Assembly (NCBI GenBank): GCA_028280285.1
Contig: JANQMA010000042.1
Coordinates: forward strand, 3,572-67,571
DNA: 64,000 nucleotides
Direction: 5' to 3'
DNA from: Candidatus Omnitrophota bacterium
GTDB taxonomy: Bacteria; Omnitrophota; Gorgyraeia; Zapsychrales; Zapsychraceae
Below, piece after piece: positions 39,837 to 49,285 of this stretch. The notes under the pieces were generated by a model. The model did no database searches. It was not told the origin of the DNA and worked only from the letters and a program-made list of their open reading frames with translations. A program made the position numbers and the translations under genes. Each line of letters begins with the position of its first letter. Within the stretch, counting starts at the first letter, position 1.

Positions 39837-40468
39837 TGAATAAAAATGTTATCACCACAACTATCATCATTTTACTTTTAGCTTTTTCAGGCTATATTTC
39901 ATGGAATTTCTATTTCAAGGAATATAATGCTGCCGATACCGTTAATATCCATCTTTTTCCGAAAACAATTGGTGAATGGGAATCGACTGAGTTGGTCGTA
40001 ACAGAAAAAGAAAAAGCCATTTTAGAGACCGATAATGTGTTCGTGCGAAATTATTTGACAAAATCGGGGAAAAAAGTACAATTGTTCATAGTTTATTCCC
40101 AGAGCAACCGCAAGGTTAGCCATCCGCCTGAAGTTTGCTATACAGGTGGAGGGATTTCGATCTTAGAAAAAAAGAAGACTCCGCTTCAAACAGGTGAAAC
40201 AAACTTTAACGCAATCCAAATGCTCATGGAGCAAGGACCAAATAAGCAGTATGTGTACTATTGGTTCAAAGTAGGAGACTCCTTTACGCCTAATTATTGG
40301 CAACAACAATTATTGATTGCCACTAAATCGCTTTTGAAACAGCCTTCAAGTAGTGCGCTGATCCGCGTTTCGGCGTATATTGGTAATAATGGTGGAGAAA
40401 AGGCGAAAAAAGACGTTGAGGAATTTATCCAGTTAATTCAGCCTGAATTAGCTACATATCTGCCCTAA
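39836..40468 (+). CDS. epsI: EpsI family exosortase-associated protein
   Basis: FPKTIGEW, HPPEVCYTGGG, YYWF, ALIRVS; directly follows the exosortase. Confidence 0.92.
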   Translation: MNKNVITTTIIILLLAFSGYISWNFYFKEYNAADTVNIHLFPKTIGEWESTELVVTEKEKAILETDNVFVRNYLTKSGKKVQLFIVYSQSNRKVSHPPEVCYTGGGISILEKKKTPLQTGETNFNAIQMLMEQGPNKQYVYYWFKVGDSFTPNYWQQQLLIATKSLLKQPSSSALIRVSAYIGNNGGEKAKKDVEEFIQLIQPELATYLP

Positions 40469-40514
40469 GTGACCAAAAGTAGTGGACTTACACGTTAAAA
40501 AGCCAAATAAATAT

Positions 40515-40552
40515 TGTTGATTCAATGCGACAAATGTCTAGGAAAGTGAACA
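40515..40552. promoter_or_regulatory. Tandem putative enhancer sites
   Basis: TGTTGA-TTCAAT-GCGACA (40515-40532) and TGTCTA-GGAAAG-TGAACA (40535-40552), both TGT-N12-ACA, upstream of an AT-rich tract and a sigma54 promoter. Confidence 0.55.
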
Positions 40553-40696
40553 CCTTTCTAGATAAATAATAGGGAGAGAGCCTTCTTATTTTTTTACAAA
40601 ATACCCTAATTTAGGAATTTATTTTTAAGTTACTGTAAATAATATAGTTATATAAAATATATAGTAATGTAAACTATATGTGAATTATAAGGAATT

Positions 40697-40712
40697 TGGC
40701 ACGCTTATTGCT
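40697..40712 (+). promoter_or_regulatory. Sigma54 promoter
   Basis: TGGCAC-GCTTA-TTGCT, full consensus. Confidence 0.9.
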
Positions 40713-40785
40713 CTGTTAATGGGTAATGTTGCGATTTTGATAGCGTTTTCTCGCTATCGGCTAATTCCAAAAGAATATGTGAAAA

Positions 40786-41631
40786 ATGATGCAAAGAAAA
40801 GCCAAACAAATTAAACGAATCTCATTCGCTATGCTAATTGCTGTAGTTGGGTTGTATTGTACAGCAACAGCCTGGGCTGCTGTGTCCTATGTGCAGCCGA
40901 AAGATGCTGTTACTGCTCATAAGGTTACAACTCCAATTCCTGCAACAATTTCTGATGAGAACAAGTCGCGTGCGCCAGAACCGACAAGTTTGGCCCTGTT
41001 TGGGACAGGATTTTTTGGAATGGTCTTAAGCTTCATCCAACGAACCTATAGAGCAGCAAAGCGTACATTTGATGTTATTGCAGCCATTTTAGGCCTCATA
41101 GTTCTGTCTCCTCTTCTTCTTCTCGCAGCTGTGCTTGTGAAGGCGACGTCTAGGGGGCCTATTATTTACTCACAAACGCGTGTGGGAAAAGGTGGCGAGC
41201 TATTTGAGATATATAAATTCCGCACTATGCGTACAGATGCGGAAAAAGACACTGGTCCTGTGTGGGCCCAAACAAATGATAACCGTCTAACACCGGTTGG
41301 CGGTTTCTTAAGGAAAGCGCATATTGATGAGCTGCCACAGCTGATCAATATATTAAAGGGAGAGATGAGCCTTATCGGTCCACGTCCCGAAAGACCTGTC
41401 TTTGTGGAAGATTTCAAAGAACAGATTACAGATTACGAAAGACGTTTAGATGTTAAGCCAGGTTTAACTGGGTTGGCGCAAGTGTTTCATCGTTATGATG
41501 AAACCATTAATGATGTGCGTAAAAAGGTGAAGTACGATCTTCTTTATATTAAGAGGGTATGCTTTATGAGTGATATCCGCATCTTACTTCGCACCGTCCG
41601 TGTTGTATTTACGGGTGAAGGGGCTAAGTAG
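40786..41631 (+). CDS. Priming phosphoglycosyl (sugar) transferase with N-terminal signal peptide and internal PEP-CTERM motif
   Basis: KRTFD, QTRVG, YKFRTM, HIDELPQLINILKGEMSLIGPRPE, KPGLTGLAQV, YDLLY; N-terminal APEPTSLALFGTGFFG. Confidence 0.92.
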   Translation: MMQRKAKQIKRISFAMLIAVVGLYCTATAWAAVSYVQPKDAVTAHKVTTPIPATISDENKSRAPEPTSLALFGTGFFGMVLSFIQRTYRAAKRTFDVIAAILGLIVLSPLLLLAAVLVKATSRGPIIYSQTRVGKGGELFEIYKFRTMRTDAEKDTGPVWAQTNDNRLTPVGGFLRKAHIDELPQLINILKGEMSLIGPRPERPVFVEDFKEQITDYERRLDVKPGLTGLAQVFHRYDETINDVRKKVKYDLLYIKRVCFMSDIRILLRTVRVVFTGEGAK

Positions 41632-41745
41632 GCGGAAAAGTGTCAAGGGCTTGTAAGAAGCCTATTTATATAGATGTAAGAAGATTGGCTTCTTACCGGG
41701 GGTAATTTAGAAAAAGGTATAACTTAAACAAAAAAGGAAAGAAAA

Positions 41746-42573
41746 ATGAAAAAACTTTCAATTGTACTCATTGCGATGACATTTATTGCAAGTGCTGCAA
41801 CTGCATCTTGGGCTATTCCTTTTAGTCAAGATACAGGGTTTGACACCACTACAGTACTATCTAATGATGGTATTGCTAATGACCAAACAAATGATGTCAG
41901 ATGGAACACAACGATACCTACATTACCAGTAGATCTTCCTGCTGGTTACAGTATTGTTAGTCCAACTGATGCGGATAGCGTTAATACGCTAACTTGGGGT
42001 TTGGTTAATGATGCAGGTGGAGCCGGTGGTGATACTGGTGATAACTGGGGCAACAGCAACTTCAGCGGTCTAAGAGTATTAGGTTTTGCTGGGGATGTTA
42101 CACCAAATGAATGGACAACAATTTCACGTGTTTATCACCAAAACAATCAGATTCCTAGTGGTGTTGCATCATTGTTATCTGCAACAATCAAATCTACTCT
42201 TACAGTAGGTACTGTAGATCTTAATACTGTACCGTTTACTTTTGAGGAAACAAACAATAGTAATAGTCCTTGCGATGGTCCTGGTGGTCTTGGATCATGT
42301 CCAGATGTGTTTGCATTCAGTGCATTAGATTTCACACCTGTACATTTTACTTACAACTTCGTTCCATATGTTGCAGAGTTTCGACTTGCAAACTTTGTTG
42401 ATTCAACTCTAGTAATTGATGGAACTGATTTTGAACTTTGGACTAGAGAAGGTGTTACAAGTGCTGTGGATGTTGAGTTTAAATTGACTAGTACTGTTCC
42501 AGAGCCAGCATCAATGGTTCTTTTCGGAACTGGTCTTTTAGGCGCAGCTGTTAGACGTAAATTCATCGGCTAA
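41746..42573 (+). CDS. PEP-CTERM sorting-domain surface protein (THxN / choice-of-anchor K-like)
   Basis: Signal peptide; acidic Thr/Ser/Asn-rich body with HQN, FEETNN, CPD, TREG; C-terminus VPEPASMVLFGTGLLGAAVRRK. Confidence 0.92.
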   Translation: MKKLSIVLIAMTFIASAATASWAIPFSQDTGFDTTTVLSNDGIANDQTNDVRWNTTIPTLPVDLPAGYSIVSPTDADSVNTLTWGLVNDAGGAGGDTGDNWGNSNFSGLRVLGFAGDVTPNEWTTISRVYHQNNQIPSGVASLLSATIKSTLTVGTVDLNTVPFTFEETNNSNSPCDGPGGLGSCPDVFAFSALDFTPVHFTYNFVPYVAEFRLANFVDSTLVIDGTDFELWTREGVTSAVDVEFKLTSTVPEPASMVLFGTGLLGAAVRRKFIG

Positions 42574-42600
42574 TTTATTAGTTGATTGATTATATAAAAT

Positions 42601-42646
42601 CCCCCGGTTGCTTCGCTTATGCGACAAAGCGGCCGGGGGTTTTTTA
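42601..42646 (+). terminator. Rho-independent terminator
   Basis: CCCCCGGTTGCTT...AAGCGGCCGGGGG followed by TTTTTT. Confidence 0.85.
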
Positions 42647-42697
42647 TTACTTCCATTTGTTGCAACATATTAAAAAATCATTTAAGATGATTTTCTC

Positions 42698-43465
42698 ATG
42701 AAATTTAGATACAAAAATAAGAAGTTTGATATTAGCGGCACCTCTAAAGGGGATCATATTTATAAAAGCATTTGTAATGACCGGGTGTTTTATGAAATCG
42801 ATCTCTTGGAATATGCTGCACAATTGGTCAAAGGCCCAAACAAACCGGATAGCCTGGCCATAGATGCCGGGGCGAATATCGGTAATCATTCTATATTCTT
42901 TCAATCATTTATTGTTGAGCATCTCATCGCGGTTGAGCCTAATCCGGATACATTGCCGATACTGAAAAGTAATTTAGAAAAAAATATTCAGCATTACACT
43001 ATATATGAAAATGGTCTTGGCGAATCGTTCGGGCAGGGTTCGATTATTTTACCTGACTGCGATAAAGGTAATAAAGGGATGGCGCAAATAGGCCTTGGGG
43101 AAGGTGAGATTCAGGTGATTACACTCGATGCATTGGTCAAGGATTGGCAGGACAAAAATAATTTAAATGGACATGTGGCACTCATTAAAATTGATGTTGA
43201 AGGGATGGAGCTGGCGGTGCTTAAAGGGGCAGTCGAAACACTTAAAAAATACAGGCCCCACTTGCTGATCGAGGCGACGACCCCTCCGAAATTAGAAGAG
43301 TTTAAGGAGTTTTTAAGTGAGTTTGGATACGGTCCTATCTGTCATTTTGCGGCTACACCTGTCTATCATTTTTGCCATAAACCTACACAATACGCCCGTC
43401 TTAAAGCTGCGTTTATGAAACTGTATTTGAAAATAAAAAGAAGGCTTCTGAAAATCTTTTCCTGA
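42698..43465 (+). CDS. FkbM-family methyltransferase
   Basis: IDAGANIGNHS, AVEPNP, IKIDVEGME. Confidence 0.93.
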   Translation: MKFRYKNKKFDISGTSKGDHIYKSICNDRVFYEIDLLEYAAQLVKGPNKPDSLAIDAGANIGNHSIFFQSFIVEHLIAVEPNPDTLPILKSNLEKNIQHYTIYENGLGESFGQGSIILPDCDKGNKGMAQIGLGEGEIQVITLDALVKDWQDKNNLNGHVALIKIDVEGMELAVLKGAVETLKKYRPHLLIEATTPPKLEEFKEFLSEFGYGPICHFAATPVYHFCHKPTQYARLKAAFMKLYLKIKRRLLKIFS

Positions 43466-43471
43466 TGAGCC

Positions 43472-44914
43472 ATGTTTTTTAATTCTTTTGAATATGCCGT
43501 ATTTCTGCCAGTTGTTTTTTTGATTTACTGGTTTATTTTACGTGAAAATCTTAAGCTCCAAAATATTTGGATTATCGCGGCGAGCTATTTTTTTTATGCC
43601 TGTTGGGATGTGCGGTTTCTTTCCTTAATTGTTATAAGTTCAACCGTCGATTATTCTGTTGGTTTAGCTTTAGGGCGCGCGACTACCTGCTTACGACGCA
43701 AACTCCTTCTTTGGATCAGCATTTTAACCAATCTAGGTATTCTTGGAATTTTTAAATACTACAATTTTTTTATTGATTCGCTTTTGCATTTAACCCCTGG
43801 TTTGCAGGATATTTTAGGACATACCACATTAAATATTGTCCTTCCCGTAGGAATTAGCTTCTATACTTTTCAGACTTTAAGTTATACGATTGACGTTTAT
43901 AAAGGTAAACTTCAACCGACCAAAGACATCGTAGCGTTTTTTGCTTTTGTAAGCTTTTTTCCTCAGCTTGTGGCCGGCCCGATTGAGCGCGCCACAAATT
44001 TACTACATCAATTTTCGCATAAACGGCAATTCGATTATGAAAAAGCGGCAGATGGGATGCGGCAGATTTTATGGGGTTTATTTAAAAAGACTATGATTGC
44101 CGATATCTGTGCGGTTTATGTCGATGATATTTTTTCCAATTGGACCGGATATTCCGGAAGCACATTACTGATTGGGGTGGTACTGTTTGCTGTTCAAATT
44201 TATTGCGATTTTTCTGGGTATTCTGATATCGCGATCGGAACAGCACGCCTTTTTGGCTTTAATTTAATGCGTAATTTTGCTTATCCTTATTTTTCTCGTG
44301 ACATAGCTGAATTTTGGCGAAGGTGGCATATTTCTCTGTCAACATGGTTTCGCGATTATCTTTATATTCCGCTTGGAGGAAGCCGTGTCTCTTTTGGGAA
44401 AAAAATCAGAAATGTCTTTATTGTTTTTATCCTGAGCGGGCTTTGGCATGGGGCCAATTGGACTTTTGTCTTTTGGGGGCTCATTAATGCGCTATTTTTC
44501 TTACCCTTAATTTTAGCAGGAAAGAATCGAACGCACACGGATCTTCCTGCAGAAGGACGAATGTTTCCTGGTTTGAGAGAATGCTTTCAAATCAGCGGCA
44601 CTTTTTTCATTACAAATATTGCTTGGATATTTTTTAGAGCCAATGATTTGAATCATGCTTTCGGGTATTTAAAACGATTATTTAGTATTAGTTTGTTTTC
44701 CAGGCCAGATGTGATTCCTCTAACCTCTTTTCTTGCGACGCTGGGAATCTTTATCATTATTGAATGGATACAAAGAGAAAAGAATCATGTCCTTGAGATA
44801 GAACATTTCGCATTGCCAAAGGTTATCAGGTGGTCTATTTATTCTCTACTCATTTGTGTGATGGGAGTGGGAATGCGCACCACAGAAACGGCGTTCATTT
44901 ATTTCCAATTTTAA
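43472..44914 (+). CDS. MBOAT O-acyltransferase (AlgI/DltB-like)
   Basis: LPVGISFYTFQ, FFPQLVAGPIER, DFSGYSDIA, FWRRWHISLS, GLWHGANW, FIYFQF. Confidence 0.95.
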   Translation: MFFNSFEYAVFLPVVFLIYWFILRENLKLQNIWIIAASYFFYACWDVRFLSLIVISSTVDYSVGLALGRATTCLRRKLLLWISILTNLGILGIFKYYNFFIDSLLHLTPGLQDILGHTTLNIVLPVGISFYTFQTLSYTIDVYKGKLQPTKDIVAFFAFVSFFPQLVAGPIERATNLLHQFSHKRQFDYEKAADGMRQILWGLFKKTMIADICAVYVDDIFSNWTGYSGSTLLIGVVLFAVQIYCDFSGYSDIAIGTARLFGFNLMRNFAYPYFSRDIAEFWRRWHISLSTWFRDYLYIPLGGSRVSFGKKIRNVFIVFILSGLWHGANWTFVFWGLINALFFLPLILAGKNRTHTDLPAEGRMFPGLRECFQISGTFFITNIAWIFFRANDLNHAFGYLKRLFSISLFSRPDVIPLTSFLATLGIFIIIEWIQREKNHVLEIEHFALPKVIRWSIYSLLICVMGVGMRTTETAFIYFQF

Positions 44915-44916
44915 CT

Positions 44917-45855
44917 ATGCATCTACACTTTACTAAAAAAATCAGTTTTTTTCTCTTATTTGCAGGATTATTCTATGTTATTTTCTTAGCTGTTTGTGTG
45001 AAATTTTTTCCTTCCTTTGCTAAAAATGTGAATTATAGAATAGGCTCATATGGTCATATGTATTCTCGCATCCAAGATTTAAAATCATATGGAAAAGTCG
45101 ACGTTCTATTTTTGGGATCTTCGCATGCTTATAGAGGATTTGATCCGAGAATTTTTAAAAGTAACGGTATCCGTTCTTTTACCCTTGGATCCAGTTCCCA
45201 AACTCCTATTCAAACAGAGATTTTGGCCCGTAGATATGTTGACATTTTGCAACCAAAATTAGTGATCTTTGAAGTTTTTCCTGACGTTTTCGAGGCCGAT
45301 GGTGTCGAGTCATCATTAGACTTAATAGCTAATGACACAATTGGATGGGATACGTTCAAGATGGCCTTAACACTGAAGCACCTTAAGACATTTAATACTT
45401 TGTTATATGGTTTGTTTCGACAAATTTTTCTATTGGATAGTAACTTTGTTGAAGAAAAAAAGAGAGGGGAAGATGAGTATATTAGTGGAGGTTTTGTTGA
45501 AAAAAGCATGTCCTATTTTGATAATTCCGAAACCTTTAAAGAAAAAAAATGGGAATTTAGGTCCTATCAAAAAGAAGCTTTTGAAAGAAGTTTGTTTTAT
45601 TTCAAAGGGAAGGATATAGATGTTGTGTTAGTGACGGCTCCGGTGACGAAAGAGCTTTACCGGTCTTATACTAACAATGAAGAAATAGATTCTTATTTTG
45701 AGAATATATGTGCGAAAAATTCATTGTGTAAGGGGTATTATAACTTTAATGAGATATTAGATCTCGATTCACATCTTAATTTTTACGACAAGCATCATTT
45801 AAACCAAAGAGGTGTAGAAATTTTTAATAAAAGTTTAATAGATAATGTTATCTAA
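44917..45855 (+). CDS. SGNH-like periplasmic partner of the MBOAT
   Basis: N-terminal TM, FLGSSH, FYDKHHLN (DxxH); start at ATG 44917 just after the MBOAT stop. Confidence 0.75.
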   Translation: MHLHFTKKISFFLLFAGLFYVIFLAVCVKFFPSFAKNVNYRIGSYGHMYSRIQDLKSYGKVDVLFLGSSHAYRGFDPRIFKSNGIRSFTLGSSSQTPIQTEILARRYVDILQPKLVIFEVFPDVFEADGVESSLDLIANDTIGWDTFKMALTLKHLKTFNTLLYGLFRQIFLLDSNFVEEKKRGEDEYISGGFVEKSMSYFDNSETFKEKKWEFRSYQKEAFERSLFYFKGKDIDVVLVTAPVTKELYRSYTNNEEIDSYFENICAKNSLCKGYYNFNEILDLDSHLNFYDKHHLNQRGVEIFNKSLIDNVI

Positions 45856-47288
45856 ATGTATTTAAACTTCCGTTCGTAATCAATTTCCATGCCCCAGCGG
45901 AAGCGGGCGTAGGGCTCGACGATGATGTCGATGTCGCGTGAGGTGAGTTTTCCTCTGAAATAATCGAAGAAAGCATCAGCACACATGTTTTGAAACTGAT
46001 GCTTGTCATGTGTGGTGACCGGCCCTTTTTTAATCTGAATCTCAAGTTTTGGTTTACGATCCCGGTCACTTAGATGAAAGTAGCCGGTGGTACGCTTGGC
46101 GATTTCCGGATGCGTGTAGATAATATCCTGAACCTGGGCAGGATAAATTTTTATATCATTCACTGCTAAAAATTCGACTTTCCCAAAGGCCAGCACTAAA
46201 GGCGAGTTAAAATGGGGTAGAAGTTTTTCGGTATTCAAGGCATCTTCCGCAAGGATCTGATTTAGTTTCGAATAAGGAATAATGTGCCCGGCATCTTTTG
46301 TATTATAGCGTATCAAAGGTAGCTGAGACTTTTTATTGAGTGTTGTGACGACAATCTCACCCTGCACCTCTTCGACATAAAAGGCCTGAGGAAAATAATT
46401 AAAGCACATCGGAAGGTAGGGAGGAGCATCTTTGCCTAAAAGCTCTTTACGCAGTTTTTCATTTTTCTGAAGGATTTTACGCAGACGGATTGTCTCCATA
46501 CTTTCAAAAAATAGATTAAAACCAAATTCCGACATGCCCATCGAAGAAAGGATTGAGCCTGTGGCCGGATCAGTCGGATTGATTTTTAAAAGACCTGAAA
46601 GGTATTCACGCAGACTCTCCGGCAGATAAACCCCGCCCAATACTAAATGTAGTTTGAGCGGATTTAAATCAATGCCGGCACTGATCGCCTCTTCCAGCGA
46701 GTTTTTGATAAAATAATTATCGCCGATAATAACGGTCTGATCATAATGATGCGACATGGTTTGGATCAGATAGAGCAAAGAGTCGGTACGCGGGCCAATT
46801 TCGGCAAACGTACAATCAATAAAACTCGGCACTTTGACGGAAAGGCAATTAATAATAAGTGTTTTTTCAGAGAGAATGTTGTAATAATGATCAAGAATAA
46901 GTTCCAGAAAACGCGTATTGCGTCTGATCTCCTCATGCGAGTTAATACCAAAAGAAAATGAGCCGGTTGCCCCGGATGACAGTAAAACAGAATTTACATC
47001 TTCGATATTCATTTGCTCGAGGATATTGCCAATATCCCCATAAATTAAACCTTTATCCGTTAACGGCACATTGGTTTTAAATGATTCGATTGATGTAACA
47101 TCGATGCTTTCAATATCTGTCTTTTTACTTAAAAAATCTTTGTAAGGTTGCACATGACGGAAGGCGTGGTAAAACATCTGGAGTGCACTGTCCTCAGAGG
47201 TGCCGAGCAAATGATCAGGGTTAACCGTACGGCAGTTTTTGATAATGCTATTATAGCGATTTTTTTTGATTCTTTTTAAAAGTACCAT
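45852..47288 (-). CDS. Phenylacetate-CoA ligase-like (PaaK/ANL) protein
   Basis: VPLTDK, LSSGATG, GMSE, VVTTL...PLIRYNTKD, KIYP. Confidence 0.75.
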   Translation of the reverse strand: MVLLKRIKKNRYNSIIKNCRTVNPDHLLGTSEDSALQMFYHAFRHVQPYKDFLSKKTDIESIDVTSIESFKTNVPLTDKGLIYGDIGNILEQMNIEDVNSVLLSSGATGSFSFGINSHEEIRRNTRFLELILDHYYNILSEKTLIINCLSVKVPSFIDCTFAEIGPRTDSLLYLIQTMSHHYDQTVIIGDNYFIKNSLEEAISAGIDLNPLKLHLVLGGVYLPESLREYLSGLLKINPTDPATGSILSSMGMSEFGFNLFFESMETIRLRKILQKNEKLRKELLGKDAPPYLPMCFNYFPQAFYVEEVQGEIVVTTLNKKSQLPLIRYNTKDAGHIIPYSKLNQILAEDALNTEKLLPHFNSPLVLAFGKVEFLAVNDIKIYPAQVQDIIYTHPEIAKRTTGYFHLSDRDRKPKLEIQIKKGPVTTHDKHQFQNMCADAFFDYFRGKLTSRDIDIIVEPYARFRWGMEIDYERKFKYI

Positions 47289-48427
47289 TGGATTTGCAAA
47301 TAATAAAGATCGTTGTAGCTGTCGAACTCGCTTAAAGATTTGCCCCAGAAAAATTGTCCGCCGACAGTCAAATCAAGACTTTCCGAGAGGCTATATTTCA
47401 CCTCCGGGTTTAAAGCCAAACTTTCACCTTCCCAATCATAGATAAGATATGTGTTAAAGTCAATCAGAGGTGTGAATTTATACTGCACCCAGAGCGATGT
47501 CAGGTGTTTTTTAAGAGATAGCAATTCGCGTGCGGTGTTAAAGTCGCCCAAAAAAGAGGCGGCATCATTATCATCCGCACCGCCATTGTAGAAATGCTCC
47601 ATTAAAATATAAATCTTGTCATTGACGTTATAATCTACGCCGATACTTGCCCGGGCAAACTCACGGTTATTATCAAAAATATTGTGTGTAATTTCCCCGC
47701 GCAAGCCTGCCTGTTTGATGTACCCATCAAAGGCAATGCCGAAAGAGACATTATGACGGACTTCAGCGGCGATGAGCGAGATATCATAGGTGCCGATAGT
47801 CTTATATATCTTGGCGCCATAGCTTTGTTTACTATTATGATCACCGGGGATATAAATCAGATTAATGCCAGAAAAATCGGAAATCGCATAGTTAAGGTTG
47901 ATGGCGTCCGCCCCGACGCGCTCGTCATGTTCAATATCAATTGGTCCTGGCGTATTAAATAAGTCGATGGGGGAGTAAAAGCGCATCTTACCCCAATCGA
48001 TGGCTTGCTTACCGATGACGGCTTGAAGCTTAGGGCTATAGTATTTGATGTAGGCGCGGTAAACAGCATGGCGGGAATAACGGTGGCCGGTGTCACTGGA
48101 CACCTTATCCCAATCCAGTGTGGCGGTATTATCTTGCATCTTAGAACGGGTAAAGGCAAAGTCGGATGTATTGCCGGCATCACTTAAGATAAGTTCATTA
48201 TCAAGGGCCACATACACTTGCCAATTGTCATTAAAGGCGTGATTGTATTTGATACGCAGACGATTGGTTAAAGCAAAGAGTTCTTCTTGCGTAGATGTTG
48301 ATTGTGTGCTGACCAGAAGCGACTTGTAATAGCCGGTGAGATTATGCCTGCCATCATGCTCATCAGCGTGAGCAATACCGGAGGCAAGAAGGTAGATCAG
48401 AACAATAACCGTTATTGTGCGTTTCAT
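47276..48427 (-). CDS. Putative outer-membrane beta-barrel protein
   Basis: Signal peptide, YRAYI, IGKQAIDWG, GADA, alternating beta pattern, C-terminal YLQIQWYF. Confidence 0.75.
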   Translation of the reverse strand: MKRTITVIVLIYLLASGIAHADEHDGRHNLTGYYKSLLVSTQSTSTQEELFALTNRLRIKYNHAFNDNWQVYVALDNELILSDAGNTSDFAFTRSKMQDNTATLDWDKVSSDTGHRYSRHAVYRAYIKYYSPKLQAVIGKQAIDWGKMRFYSPIDLFNTPGPIDIEHDERVGADAINLNYAISDFSGINLIYIPGDHNSKQSYGAKIYKTIGTYDISLIAAEVRHNVSFGIAFDGYIKQAGLRGEITHNIFDNNREFARASIGVDYNVNDKIYILMEHFYNGGADDNDAASFLGDFNTARELLSLKKHLTSLWVQYKFTPLIDFNTYLIYDWEGESLALNPEVKYSLSESLDLTVGGQFFWGKSLSEFDSYNDLYYLQIQWYF

Positions 48428-49095
48428 GATTGAATTTGTCCGTCTTTAAGCAGGATAAGCCGCTTGGCACGATCCATTATATCTTTGTCATGGGTTGAAA
48501 AGATAAATGTTGTTGTATGTTCTTCATTGAGTTTGAGCATCAGTTCAATGAGAGAGGCTGAGGTTTTTGAATCAAGGTTTGCTGTCGGTTCATCGGCCAT
48601 AATCACTTTCGGTTTTGTCACAATCGAGCGGGCAACCGCAACACGCTGTTGCTGTCCGCCGCTTAATTGATTAGGGAAGCGCGTTAAATAATCGCCAAGT
48701 CCAACTTGTTCCAGTATATCAATGGCGCGCAGCCGGCGTTGTTTAGCCGATATGTTTTGCAATAGTAAAGGATACTCGACATTTTCAATTGCCGTTAGGG
48801 TATTGATTAAATTATAGGCCTGAAAAATAAAACCGATGGTATGGAGACGAAAATAAGACAGCTGTTTTTCATTAAGTGTTGAGAGATTCTCTTCATTAAA
48901 GATCACCTCACCGCTGCTCGGTGCATCTAGTGCACTGAGGATATTAAGCAAAGAAGATTTGCCGCTTCCTGACGGGCCGGCGATCGCCGTGAATTCACCG
49001 CGTTCAATGGTAAAACTAACATCATTAAGCGCAGGCGTTGTTATGCCGCCAGAGGTCTTGTAGGTTTTGGTTAAATTATTAACTTGAATAAGCAT
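48424..49095 (-). CDS. ABC transporter ATP-binding protein (LolD/MacB-like)
   Basis: GPSGSGKS, GFIFQAYNL, LSGGQQQRVA, ADEPTANLD, STHD. Confidence 0.95.
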   Translation of the reverse strand: MLIQVNNLTKTYKTSGGITTPALNDVSFTIERGEFTAIAGPSGSGKSSLLNILSALDAPSSGEVIFNEENLSTLNEKQLSYFRLHTIGFIFQAYNLINTLTAIENVEYPLLLQNISAKQRRLRAIDILEQVGLGDYLTRFPNQLSGGQQQRVAVARSIVTKPKVIMADEPTANLDSKTSASLIELMLKLNEEHTTTFIFSTHDKDIMDRAKRLILLKDGQIQS

Positions 49096-49285
49096 AGTAA
49101 TTAAAAAGTAAAAAAGAAAAATTAAAAGAGAAAATTAAAAAATTAAAATTGAAAAATGTATTTGGTCGTTAGTAATTGGTAATTATGTTAAACGGTTAAG
49201 TTTAAAAAAGTTGAAAATTTTACTAATATTATATTTTTCAAGTATATTTTTAAGACAGCCTTTAATTCCAAGTACTAATTACCAA

